Part shown: piece by piece, positions 1 to 9,477 of the stretch
Layout of the letters: each line of letters opens with the position of its first letter
How positions within the stretch are numbered: position 1 is the stretch's first letter
Virus record (IMG/VR): IMGVR_UViG_3300045971_000163
Coordinates: 40,140-104,139 of that record
Length of the DNA: 64,000 nt
Source of the DNA: a virus
Reading direction: 5' to 3' (one strand)
Notes under the pieces: model-generated
Told to the model about the DNA's origin: nothing
What the model saw: only the letters and a program-made list of their open reading frames with translations
Databases searched by the model: none
Translations under genes and position numbers: made by a program

Positions 1-252
1 ATATATATAAATTTTATCACTTGCAATTATTGCGTCATCCAATAATTCATATGAAATATTGGTAGATTGGATAATAGGTGATCTATGAATATTTTCACCT
101 GGCATATATTTGCCCAAAAATGCATTCATCCATTCACGTGACTGGTTCATCCTTGTCGGAAATATATCAGTCATTGTTTCATATGCAGTTTTTATGTAAA
201 TTTCACCGTCTAATGCTTTAATTGAGTCTACTAAAAATACTATTGGTTTCAT
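1..252 (-). CDS. Hypothetical protein, partial (runs off window edge)
   Basis: Not in the ORF track. ATG at 252 overlaps the TGA of the B12 radical SAM gene (ATGA). The frame is open to base 1 (MKPIVFLVDSIKALDGEIYIK...). Confidence 0.7.
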   Translation of the reverse strand, partial: MKPIVFLVDSIKALDGEIYIKTAYETMTDIFPTRMNQSREWMNAFLGKYMPGENIHRSPIIQSTNISYELLDDAIIASDKIYIY

Positions 253-2159
253 TTTATTCCTACTGTTGTTTTTCCAAAATTTCTGCGCCTGCTAAAGTAT
301 ATAAGCTCTAAAAACTTAGCGAAAGTCATGTCTTTTGCCTCAGTGAAGTCAAAAGTGTAATGCTTACGTGGCACTAATGACTCTCCTTGTAAGTATCCTA
401 ACACATCGTACTCTACTTTCGCAACCACTGGGTATTCAGAAAGCTTCTTGTGCTGTACAATGTAGTTACGGTGCAATACGCATACAGACTGATATAGTCC
501 AGGCGTTAGTCGGAACTGCTTTAAGTATTCATCAATGAGATCAAACATGTGGTCATATTTGTCCTCCGTGTGAATATTAATGGTAGTACGGTGTATTAAA
601 TTCCACCCGTGGATCGGAATATTACCTACTGACGGGTGATTGATTCTCCCATCAATCATCCAGCGTGAATAGTATTGCCTCGTATCGTCATGCTCTTGCT
701 TAAACCATGGATCACGCATAAGAAATTCATAAAGCCCAGTGTAAAAATCTTCGTACGATACATCCAAAAACTTACGCATAAACCTTGACGCAAAGGTAGT
801 CAGACCGTTAATATGCAATGTGTTAACAAACCAGCTAAAGCATTGCGCATCTAACATGTCGTCCAATGGCATTACCCGTGTTGAGACCACAACGTCTACT
901 CCTTCTGCTAACACATCGTCGTTATAACTGCCGCTCATATAATCGTATACTGTGGTGGACTTAATCTTGTGTAATATACGTTGCCCTGTATTCATTTCAG
1001 CATTCTCAAGTAACTGTGCTTGGAATATTTCAATTCCAGTGTGGTTGCCTGCTTCAAATAGTTGCCATAAGTTATTTTTCCACGACGCTAATGTCTCTGC
1101 CGGTAGTCCCAAAATTAGCTCAGTATTAACAGGCACACCTTGCTTTTCAGCCATTGCAAATACCTCACTAATTTGATGCATGCCTAAATTCTTACGCTTA
1201 ATTGCATCTAAGACATCGCCATTCAAACTCTGCACTGATAATGTCAGCCCGTGATTAAAGGTAGGCGAGTCAAATAGTTTCTTGACAATGTTAATTACTT
1301 CAGCCTTTTGCATCTTCGCCCAGCTTGCATTAAATGTATATGGATAACCGTACTCTGTCTGCAATGCAATAATCTTGTCTGCTATTAAATTATCACGCTC
1401 TACGAACATGCCAAAGTTTGCGTCACAAATGCTCATGTGCCCGCAGTTGTGTGCTGCCATCCAATCAAGTTCAGTGTATACTCGTTCTAACGCAAATTTC
1501 TTAACTTTGTTGTAGGTCAAACTCCCCCAGTCGCAAAACGTACATTGATATGGGCAACCACGGTTAGTCTCAAGAGTGGAGTTCCATTCGACGTCTGGAT
1601 TGTCAGCAATAATTTTATCAAATATACCTGTTGTATACGGGCTTGGTAAGTCATCTAAATTTTCAATACGTTCTGCATCACCAGTGTTTATCACTGTGCC
1701 ATTATTGTTGATCAGCAGCCCTGGCACCGTAATAATAGTATTGGTAAGGTATGCCTCAAGTAAACGTTGAAACGTTATCTCACCCTCACCTTTAACTACG
1801 ATATCCATAAACGGAAATCGCTCAAATATTGCTAAGTCAGTAATCGGTGGTTCTGGCCCACCAAACATTATTACAGTATTTGGTGATGCTGCTTTCAACC
1901 GTCGTGCTAATTCATAGTTATAGTTTCTGTTCCAAACATACGTGCTAAATCCAACTATATCCGAGCCCAGTAAGTTTGCTAGCGCGATATCCAAATCTTC
2001 ACGTTTCCACTGCAACGTTTTTAACTCAAAATTTTCACTGACAATTACTGATTGCTTGGCATAAGCCCACAACACGCCAGCACTATAGGGAAGATAGTGA
2101 GCATTTAGCTCTTTTGGCCCTTGTTGGAAATTTGGCTGGACTAGACTTAATGAGTACAT
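249..2159 (-). CDS. B12-binding domain radical SAM protein
   Basis: N-terminal cobalamin-binding-type segment (DIVGFSTYVWN...GGPE...DIVVKGEGE) followed by ETNRGCPYQCTFC (CxxxCxxC) and ELILGLPAET. Confidence 0.9.
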   Translation of the reverse strand: MYSLSLVQPNFQQGPKELNAHYLPYSAGVLWAYAKQSVIVSENFELKTLQWKREDLDIALANLLGSDIVGFSTYVWNRNYNYELARRLKAASPNTVIMFGGPEPPITDLAIFERFPFMDIVVKGEGEITFQRLLEAYLTNTIITVPGLLINNNGTVINTGDAERIENLDDLPSPYTTGIFDKIIADNPDVEWNSTLETNRGCPYQCTFCDWGSLTYNKVKKFALERVYTELDWMAAHNCGHMSICDANFGMFVERDNLIADKIIALQTEYGYPYTFNASWAKMQKAEVINIVKKLFDSPTFNHGLTLSVQSLNGDVLDAIKRKNLGMHQISEVFAMAEKQGVPVNTELILGLPAETLASWKNNLWQLFEAGNHTGIEIFQAQLLENAEMNTGQRILHKIKSTTVYDYMSGSYNDDVLAEGVDVVVSTRVMPLDDMLDAQCFSWFVNTLHINGLTTFASRFMRKFLDVSYEDFYTGLYEFLMRDPWFKQEHDDTRQYYSRWMIDGRINHPSVGNIPIHGWNLIHRTTINIHTEDKYDHMFDLIDEYLKQFRLTPGLYQSVCVLHRNYIVQHKKLSEYPVVAKVEYDVLGYLQGESLVPRKHYTFDFTEAKDMTFAKFLELIYFSRRRNFGKTTVGIK

Positions 2160-2167
2160 GTGTTAAA

Positions 2168-2186
2168 CGATAAATAATATTTATCG
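2168..2186. promoter_or_regulatory. Palindromic pair of divergent T4-type late promoters (GATAAATA on each strand)
   Basis: CGATAAATA-A-TATTTATCG lies between two divergent genes. The same octamer precedes many structural genes in this window. Confidence 0.7.
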
Positions 2187-2197
2187 CGCATAAACTA

Positions 2198-2665
2198 ATG
2201 ACCATTTTAATTGCCCACCGCGGCAACATCAACGGCCCACAGCCAGAAAAGGAAAATACACTCAAATATTTATTTGATGCTGTTGAGGCTGGGTATGATG
2301 TTGAAGTAGATATATGGCTAGTTGGTAACCAATGGTTTTTAGGTCATGATGAACCGCATATTCCAGTGCACGATATTGATCTTCATTATTTAGCACCCCA
2401 TGCGTGGTTTCATGCTAAAAACTATGCTGCGTTAAGCGAGTTAACTCACATTGAATGTCATGTGTTTGCCCATGAGCAAGATCCGTTCGTAGTTACTAAC
2501 AAAGGTTGGATATGGTCCCATAAAGGCTGTGTTAACCCGCATGGCATAGTGGTAATGCCATCGTTAGAAACAGAGCAGCACCTTATACTAAACTGTGCAG
2601 GCGTGTGCCACGACTACTTGCTAGACGTTGAGAAAATTCTCGCTAACAATCCGCATAACGTCTGA
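2198..2665 (+). CDS. Glycerophosphodiester phosphodiesterase (GDPD)-like protein
   Basis: IAHRGN, ENT, DVEVDIW and GHD motifs typical of short GDPD-like proteins found in glycan clusters. Confidence 0.75.
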   Translation: MTILIAHRGNINGPQPEKENTLKYLFDAVEAGYDVEVDIWLVGNQWFLGHDEPHIPVHDIDLHYLAPHAWFHAKNYAALSELTHIECHVFAHEQDPFVVTNKGWIWSHKGCVNPHGIVVMPSLETEQHLILNCAGVCHDYLLDVEKILANNPHNV

Positions 2666-3628
2666 CGTTGCAGAAATCCGTATCAGTAACTTTCTGCTTA
2701 CTGGCGGTAGTAATACATCGCGCTTAAACGTTAGCCCAGCTTCTGTAAATTTTGCAAAGTAATCATCCTGCGGTACATGCACCCAGTTGCCGCCAATGTT
2801 CCACGGATAATGCCGTGCTATCTCTTTGCGGTATGCTATTGTGTTACCAACATAGTTGTCATGAAGTTCAGCGTTTTGTAATACCCATTGCGTAAATTTC
2901 ACACTCGCGCCAGTAATGGGGAACATAGGCCGCATCTTAGCCATGACTTGAATAATCTCTTTCTTCGCTATAGCGTAGCCAACTCTTGCTCCGGCACCAC
3001 CAAACGATTTGCTCAGACTATAGGCAAAAATATAGTTCTTGTCTAACTTGTCGTGTACGTTAAGAGGTGTACAACCAAAGTCTGAGTATACTGAGTCAAC
3101 CACTATAGGTACTTCGTAACGTTCCAAAGTTGCAAACAAATCAAGTGACGGTGAGTCACCAACTGGTGAGTTTGGATTTGTCATCACTACAAGGCTAGGC
3201 TTTGTACAGGGAAAGTTAGTGTCGTGTGTTAGTGTAAGCCCGTCGTATTTCAACAGCACCGGCTCGCATGCGTTTTGTGCTGTGTATACATCGTACATTG
3301 GAAAGTGATACTCAGGCATGATTACTTGTGTATTGTGTTTAGTAAAGCACTGAAACGCACAAAAAATCACGCCGTCTGCTCCTGAAAACAGCATAATATT
3401 TTCAGGCTTTACATTGTGTCTATCCGCTAATGTTTGCTTTAGCACGGAGTCATTGGGATAATTTATGAAATCCTCTTGCGTTAGTGTGCACATAAACTTA
3501 TGCCAGTCTAAAGCGTCAAACGGAACAGTTCGCTCACATGCATGTAACCGTTTACCGATGGTAGCATTACCAATCGTGTTTACCGTATTCATACGGACTA
3601 CCTTGTCTAAATGCTTATTGTACTTCAT
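2621..3628 (-). CDS. PLP-dependent aminotransferase class I/II (HisC/CobD-like)
   Basis: NPNSPVG, VVDSVY and SLSKSFGGAGARVGY (PLP-lysine motif). Confidence 0.85.
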   Translation of the reverse strand: MKYNKHLDKVVRMNTVNTIGNATIGKRLHACERTVPFDALDWHKFMCTLTQEDFINYPNDSVLKQTLADRHNVKPENIMLFSGADGVIFCAFQCFTKHNTQVIMPEYHFPMYDVYTAQNACEPVLLKYDGLTLTHDTNFPCTKPSLVVMTNPNSPVGDSPSLDLFATLERYEVPIVVDSVYSDFGCTPLNVHDKLDKNYIFAYSLSKSFGGAGARVGYAIAKKEIIQVMAKMRPMFPITGASVKFTQWVLQNAELHDNYVGNTIAYRKEIARHYPWNIGGNWVHVPQDDYFAKFTEAGLTFKRDVLLPPVSRKLLIRISATSDVMRIVSENFLNV

Positions 3629-4527
3629 AATATTTGTGACAAGAATTTTGGCAGCTCTTTATAGCTACAATTTTTACAATGCTCAGTGGGGTGGTTTGAT
3701 GCGCAACCCGACGCAATGGTACGCATAGGAACTGACGAGTGAATAAGTTGTAGCGGCTGTTGGAACAAGTTACCAAGAGGTTTTGCTGATGTGTTCATGC
3801 AGCATACCTTTACATTACCGTCTACTGTGACATACAATCCTTTTTTTACCCAAAAGCAATCACTATAGTTCCACGGTGTTTTACCTTTGAAATATTGCTT
3901 ATATTGTCTCAAGTGATCTAACTGTTCTTCAGTGAACCCATTAAGTAAGCCAGTCACTGATTTATCCTCGTCCCAGTTTTGTACAAAATTGATGCGTAAC
4001 CCGTCTAGAGAATACATGTCAACTATTGCTAGTAATATGTCAATGTCAAACACATTTTGCGGAGTAACAGTAAAGTTAACAGGAAACACACAATTAACTT
4101 CTTGTTTAACTGACGCTAATGTCCGTAAAAATTTGTGTAGTTTATCCCAGCTTGAGCCAAACCGTATATCTTCGTAGTTTTCCTTGCCACCGTCAATGCT
4201 CAAGTAGCACATATCCAAATACTTTACTGCATCTATAAACCTCGTAGTGAGTGCCACTTGACAGTTAGTCGCAGATATTACAAATGCTTTTGGAAATGTT
4301 TCACGGAACCGTCGTGTAATCGTGTTAAAATGTGGGTGCATGAATGGCTCGCCCATTCCCATCAGTTTTGCTTCAGTGATAGGCTGCTTCTCTATTTGCT
4401 TTAGCAGCAGATCAAACTGCTCTACTGTCATGTGCGTAGAGCCGTTGATTACTTCTTTACGGTTGCAAAACTTACAGTCTACATTGCAGTAAGAAGTCGT
4501 TTCAAGATAAGCGTATGATATGTTCAT
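3625..4527 (-). CDS. Radical SAM protein with C-terminal SPASM/twitch domain
   Basis: CNVDCKFC, GMGEPF, and C-terminal CFW...DGNVKVCC...CKNC. Confidence 0.9.
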   Translation of the reverse strand: MNISYAYLETTSYCNVDCKFCNRKEVINGSTHMTVEQFDLLLKQIEKQPITEAKLMGMGEPFMHPHFNTITRRFRETFPKAFVISATNCQVALTTRFIDAVKYLDMCYLSIDGGKENYEDIRFGSSWDKLHKFLRTLASVKQEVNCVFPVNFTVTPQNVFDIDILLAIVDMYSLDGLRINFVQNWDEDKSVTGLLNGFTEEQLDHLRQYKQYFKGKTPWNYSDCFWVKKGLYVTVDGNVKVCCMNTSAKPLGNLFQQPLQLIHSSVPMRTIASGCASNHPTEHCKNCSYKELPKFLSQIL

Positions 4528-5537
4528 TAGTTAATTTCAAACGGTATATCGTATGATATAAACTTTTTAATCCATAGTACCATATTTTCTACATTATCGA
4601 CATCTTTTTGCCATTGCTCTTCTAATTCTTGCAATTGTGCTACCGTGTTGTCGTCACTGAGATCAATGAAATTTAATTTTCGTGCGTCAAGTATATGAGT
4701 TGGGCGAATAATTATGTCAGTGACATTCATAAAATGCATTGGAGCGACAGATATTCTAAAAAGTTCTAAATATTGTAAAACCCACAAGTGCAGCGATGGC
4801 GTAAATAACTGCATTCCGCCGCCAGTAGCGCATATATATCTAAACATTAGGCCATATGCATAAAAAGCAGTTCTCCCAAAAACATTAAATTGATCAACGA
4901 ATTGCTCAAACTTAATTACTTGTTTTTGTTCATCTTGACTCCAAAATGCCTGCATTGGTGTATATGTAGTAGCAGCTTGTCTGTATACGGTATTCTGTGA
5001 TACCCCGTTAATTGTGTGAAGTACACTCATACTATTAATTTGAAGGAGCATGTCAGGACGGGTTAAAATTATTACATCGAATTTAAAATTGCCCTCCTTT
5101 TCAAATTGCCTCATTGAATCAAATGATTTTTCATGCAAAAAAGCAACATATGAAAATTCTTCAACGGTAGGTGGTTCTCCCATTGTTGTGAAATGATTAA
5201 CGATGTTAACCGTTGACACTACATTTATTTTAATACCTGCAACTAAATCAGTGAATTTGTCCCCAATGATAGTTAGCAATAACTTTTTTGTAATGCCAGT
5301 TTCTAAAAAACTATTAATTTTTTTCGGAAATATCGAGTAAGATTTATCCCAAGTAATAATTGAAATATAAATTTCTAAATTTGGTAAGGGGAATCCCTCA
5401 CTTTCAATATTATGCTGCCGTATTATGCTTTTAATAAAGTCAGCATGCGAGTGTACAGCGTTTCTGTATTCTCTTAATTGGCCAACAAAAGTTAGTAAAA
5501 TGCGATTTGGTTGCACGTTATCTTCATGTGTTTCCAA
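4527..5537 (-). CDS. Hypothetical protein, possible glycosyltransferase-like
   Basis: N-terminal GQLR and FDVIILTRPD resemble motifs of viral putative glycosyltransferases. AT-rich. Confidence 0.45.
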   Translation of the reverse strand: METHEDNVQPNRILLTFVGQLREYRNAVHSHADFIKSIIRQHNIESEGFPLPNLEIYISIITWDKSYSIFPKKINSFLETGITKKLLLTIIGDKFTDLVAGIKINVVSTVNIVNHFTTMGEPPTVEEFSYVAFLHEKSFDSMRQFEKEGNFKFDVIILTRPDMLLQINSMSVLHTINGVSQNTVYRQAATTYTPMQAFWSQDEQKQVIKFEQFVDQFNVFGRTAFYAYGLMFRYICATGGGMQLFTPSLHLWVLQYLELFRISVAPMHFMNVTDIIIRPTHILDARKLNFIDLSDDNTVAQLQELEEQWQKDVDNVENMVLWIKKFISYDIPFEIN

Positions 5538-6021
5538 AATTTATCCCCCTAATCATATTTTGGCTATTAAAAATATTTGCTATCAATTGATCATGCGAGT
5601 CCGGCGGCGTTCTAACTAAAAGTTGAAACAAAATCAACATTGCTCCAGTGGACCCATTAGCAGTAATAATGCCGGTGGGAAATGCGGCCAACACCCCACC
5701 ATTGTGTAATTTTGATGCATGCAAACATCTTTCAGTGACGTTACCGGAAGGCGCTATTAAGGATTTAGATCTAATAACGTTGTGTTTATTAAAACATATA
5801 ATAACTTGTTTATAATGAAAATGAGCTACACTTTTTAGAAATTCTGCTATGTCTACTTCCATATCAACAAATTGATTAGATTCCGTTAACATGAAAATTT
5901 TTTCAGTTATGTAATTAATCCAAAGTAAATCTGTCGGAAATTCAGTAAAATCTTCACCAGTGGGGTCTACCGTTTCTAATACTATTTGCAATTCTATAGT
6001 TTTTGTGATAAAATTCTTCAT
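5524..6021 (-). CDS. Hypothetical protein
   Basis: 165-aa ORF overlapping or abutting its neighbours in the operon. AT-rich; no recognised motif. Confidence 0.65.
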   Translation of the reverse strand: MKNFITKTIELQIVLETVDPTGEDFTEFPTDLLWINYITEKIFMLTESNQFVDMEVDIAEFLKSVAHFHYKQVIICFNKHNVIRSKSLIAPSGNVTERCLHASKLHNGGVLAAFPTGIITANGSTGAMLILFQLLVRTPPDSHDQLIANIFNSQNMIRGINFGNT

Positions 6022-6024
6022 TAA

Positions 6025-6876
6025 TCAAAATCGTTGTATTAAATAATCTGCAATTGTTTTCTGACCATGCTTGTTATAGTGCCCACCAGCACATCGTAGA
6101 TGTGATATTCCGAGGTTATCTCCCAAGTCTTCAAAATCTTCTGGAACAACGTCAGGTAATATATTTCCATATCTTAAAATATCATATACTAATTGTTTCG
6201 TTGATGCTTGCACTTGCATTTTTCGGAAAATGTGCGGCACTGTAGGTATCAAATTTAAAAATATTACTTTTTCTACATTATTTACTTTTAACAAATTTGC
6301 AGTGTCAACTAATGTCATTGCCCAACTTATTAAAAAATTAGTTACATTAAAATGTGTAATGAATTCTCTAGCAAATTCCTTTGAAAAATCATTTTGACTG
6401 TTTTCTACATTCCCGGGAAAAATTGAGCGCGAAGTAAATCTGCTTAACACAAATTCTAAATCATCATTGCGATCTGTCAGCATATTTATCCACACATCGT
6501 TGTGCTCTAATAATTGCATAACTCGTGATGGAACTGTTACTCCAACAATCCACGCCGTATCTTTTGGGTCTACGCTCTTCTTCTTTAGTGATTCAATCAG
6601 CAAGTATGTTTGCAGTTTAATTCCTTCTTGACTCGCTCCTGACTGCGCGAAGTTTATATAATCATACCCTAACTCTTTAGCCATCAATGACGTAAACCGC
6701 ATGGTATCAAGTAACTCAAAATACCGGCGAAACATTGCTTGATCAACTGGAATATCAAATTCCAATGTGGTCATTTCGTCGTGTTTAAGATGCGAAAACT
6801 CGTCAGGATAATGTGTGCGTACAAGTTCAGCGCCAAAGATAAAACTATCCCCAACCGCGCATAATGTTTTAGCCAT
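6025..6876 (-). CDS. SGNH/GDSL-like hydrolase or acyltransferase
   Basis: Likely start MAKTLCAVGDSF at 6876. Block I GDS, block II NFAQSGAS, C-terminal GHYN...IADYL. Confidence 0.65.
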   Translation of the reverse strand: MAKTLCAVGDSFIFGAELVRTHYPDEFSHLKHDEMTTLEFDIPVDQAMFRRYFELLDTMRFTSLMAKELGYDYINFAQSGASQEGIKLQTYLLIESLKKKSVDPKDTAWIVGVTVPSRVMQLLEHNDVWINMLTDRNDDLEFVLSRFTSRSIFPGNVENSQNDFSKEFAREFITHFNVTNFLISWAMTLVDTANLLKVNNVEKVIFLNLIPTVPHIFRKMQVQASTKQLVYDILRYGNILPDVVPEDFEDLGDNLGISHLRCAGGHYNKHGQKTIADYLIQRF

Positions 6877-8074
6877 GTAATAACCTCGCGAACTCGGGAA
6901 AAGTTTCCGCAAACGATGTATGACGCGATGCGTCTAATGCTGTATTAAACTGCAAGCCTTGTTCTAGTATATCGGTTCCTTTGCTACCGTTAAACATGTT
7001 AATCAACATATCTATTTTCCAGCCATCAAGCCCGTTGCATTTCAATAAAATTTCTCCCGTTAATGCTGCGGGCAGTGCACTCACAGATAAAAATGCTGGA
7101 TCGTGTACGAAGTTCATGTGTACATGCAACCCACGAGCTTTCATAAACTCATGAAACTCTGGCAAATAATACACGTTCATCCAACTTACAGTTTGGCATA
7201 CGCTTGTGTTAATCCACGGTATTGACTGTAACTTATCTAAGTTAGTAATAACATCATCCCACTTAGTGCCACTGCGTATGTATTCATTACGGTTACCCAA
7301 GTCGTCAATGCTACATGATACCTGTACCGTTTTAAAGTAACTCCATAACTCAATCAAGTTGTCAGGCAAGTTGGTCATGTTTATGTTGTACCACAGTGTA
7401 ATCTGCTTGTTCAACCCCCTATCAATTAAGCGTTCCAAATAATGCCAATGCTTTTCGACAAGAGTGGGTTCGCCACCGTTGATATACAGTAACTCAACGT
7501 CTTTGCTATGCTCTAATAAATCGTCCCAGAAAGCTTCACTTTCTGTCCAAGAAGCGTTGATTTTCGCATCGTATTGTGTCACAAACTTCAGTTCTTGCTG
7601 TAGTTTCTTATACTCTGGAGCCCACTGTGTACTTGATGCTGGATTACATGTTCTGCATTTTACATTACACAGATTACCTAAGCGTAGTTCAACAAACTTT
7701 AAGTTGACTGGTATTGTGCCGTCTGCTTGCGTTATAGCACGAGCCATATCTTCAGTGAACCCAAGTTTTTCGTTTTCCTCAATGCGTTTACTTCTTACTC
7801 CATTTGCTTCCTCACGATAGCACCGTAAACATGCACGAGGAGTTTCATTATTCAGCATTTGTAAGCGTGTTTGTTTATAGTAGTCGCTATTCATAATCTC
7901 GACTACCTTATTCTCGTTCAAGTTAAGATGTATGGGGCTATTTTTGGGATTACCATCAACAAAATTTCGAGCACTGTTCCTTGAATAAGTAAAGTCACTC
8001 ACGCAGCAAAGCGTGACGCCACCATGCGGGTGCGTTGCTAAGTGTATCCACGGTAAACTACAGTAAGTGCTCAT
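6869..8074 (-). CDS. Radical SAM protein with N-terminal twitch-like domain
   Basis: YCSLPW...LCC...CLRCY, then CNVKCRTC and GGEPTL. Confidence 0.9.
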   Translation of the reverse strand: MSTYCSLPWIHLATHPHGGVTLCCVSDFTYSRNSARNFVDGNPKNSPIHLNLNENKVVEIMNSDYYKQTRLQMLNNETPRACLRCYREEANGVRSKRIEENEKLGFTEDMARAITQADGTIPVNLKFVELRLGNLCNVKCRTCNPASSTQWAPEYKKLQQELKFVTQYDAKINASWTESEAFWDDLLEHSKDVELLYINGGEPTLVEKHWHYLERLIDRGLNKQITLWYNINMTNLPDNLIELWSYFKTVQVSCSIDDLGNRNEYIRSGTKWDDVITNLDKLQSIPWINTSVCQTVSWMNVYYLPEFHEFMKARGLHVHMNFVHDPAFLSVSALPAALTGEILLKCNGLDGWKIDMLINMFNGSKGTDILEQGLQFNTALDASRHTSFAETFPEFARLLHG

Positions 8075-9477
8075 ATGTTATTCCACCATTCAAGCAGTTT
8101 TGGGTTCTCTGCGTAAATATCTTCTATTGTACACGATGCCTCTCGTATCTCAGCAAGTTTTGACTGCCAACCCTTACCGTTTTTAGCACCTTGCTTGTAT
8201 TCATTCGGGTATGCTTCTTCATGTGTTGGACGTGTCTTCATTGACTTGAGCGTATTGACTAGCGACATTTGTTTATGTGACGCTTTTGGTTCCATGTACG
8301 CAAGTAAGTCGTTAATCATTTCATCAAGTATTGCCCGCGGCCATGCCATGGGCGTAAACATTATGTCAGCATGGAACGCGAACATTATTTTCGTCTCAAT
8401 CCGCACATCAAGCTCTTGGCTTAGATCAAAAAACTCTTTGAGGCTAAACATGCCAGGGCCAGTGATGGTCAAATCCAAAATCATTTTGCTGTGGCCACCA
8501 GGCAGTGTTGTACCTTGCGTAAAGTTGTCTATCCAAGTTGCCCAGTTTAACCCAGTGCGTATAAACTCTGCTATCTCGCCCACACCGTCCATGCTCGCGC
8601 ACATCATCCAGTCTTTGAAGTGAGGCAGATAGTCATACAAGTTTTTGCCCTTATAACTCACTCTGCTTAGGTTGGAGTTGTATCGTAGGTAGCAGTTTTT
8701 AGCAGACCCATTGCGCACCATTTCCTCTAATGCCCACCAGTGCATTTCATACATGAGAGGCTCACCGCCTACCCAATATATTTCCTCTACTATACCTCTG
8801 CTAATAGCATCCCTAAACTCAGGCTCAACTACCTCTTGCTGAAACGTTTGCATTGCAGTTTTTACTTCAGGAATCATAAACGGCTGGTTCTTAGGGTCCC
8901 ATAAGTTGTGCTGTTTCTTTTCTACTTCCCAGCTTGAGCTAAGTTGTTCTCCACACATACGACACTTAAAGTTACACAGGTTACTGTAGCGATAGTCAAA
9001 GCTAATGGGCTCCATTGTCGTGTGCCCAGTTTCGTCTGTACTGTCAAAGCATTGCTGTATTTTGTTGTTAAACAAAAAGCCGGTGAACCACTTCCTGTAA
9101 GAGCTGATGCTAAGGATGTCGTCATTACATACATCGCATTGTGGAATACGTTCACCAGCCATTAGCTTTTTGCGTATGTCTTTCATGTACTCACTATTCC
9201 AATGCTCTTTAAGTGACACTGGATTGTAATCAGATAAAGCTGTCTTAGACTCGGTTACTGCACCATACTTTGCATCGTTTGACGAGTCAATGTATTGCTT
9301 TTGGAAGCTATGCTCTTCACGTGACGCACAGCAAAGCCTACGTTCAGATTGTGGACTGATGTAAGTATGTGTCCATGGTGCAGTGCAGAACACCTTGTTA
9401 GGTGAGTCCGGACTGCATTGACCGTTTGCCCAAATTGGGATAACCTTGTATTGCTTTACAGCTTTTTTCTTAGCCAT
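8071..9477 (-). CDS. Radical SAM protein with N-terminal twitch-like domain
   Basis: FCTAPW...RLCC...CDVC, then CNFKCRMC and GGEPLM. Confidence 0.9.
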   Translation of the reverse strand: MAKKKAVKQYKVIPIWANGQCSPDSPNKVFCTAPWTHTYISPQSERRLCCASREEHSFQKQYIDSSNDAKYGAVTESKTALSDYNPVSLKEHWNSEYMKDIRKKLMAGERIPQCDVCNDDILSISSYRKWFTGFLFNNKIQQCFDSTDETGHTTMEPISFDYRYSNLCNFKCRMCGEQLSSSWEVEKKQHNLWDPKNQPFMIPEVKTAMQTFQQEVVEPEFRDAISRGIVEEIYWVGGEPLMYEMHWWALEEMVRNGSAKNCYLRYNSNLSRVSYKGKNLYDYLPHFKDWMMCASMDGVGEIAEFIRTGLNWATWIDNFTQGTTLPGGHSKMILDLTITGPGMFSLKEFFDLSQELDVRIETKIMFAFHADIMFTPMAWPRAILDEMINDLLAYMEPKASHKQMSLVNTLKSMKTRPTHEEAYPNEYKQGAKNGKGWQSKLAEIREASCTIEDIYAENPKLLEWWNNI

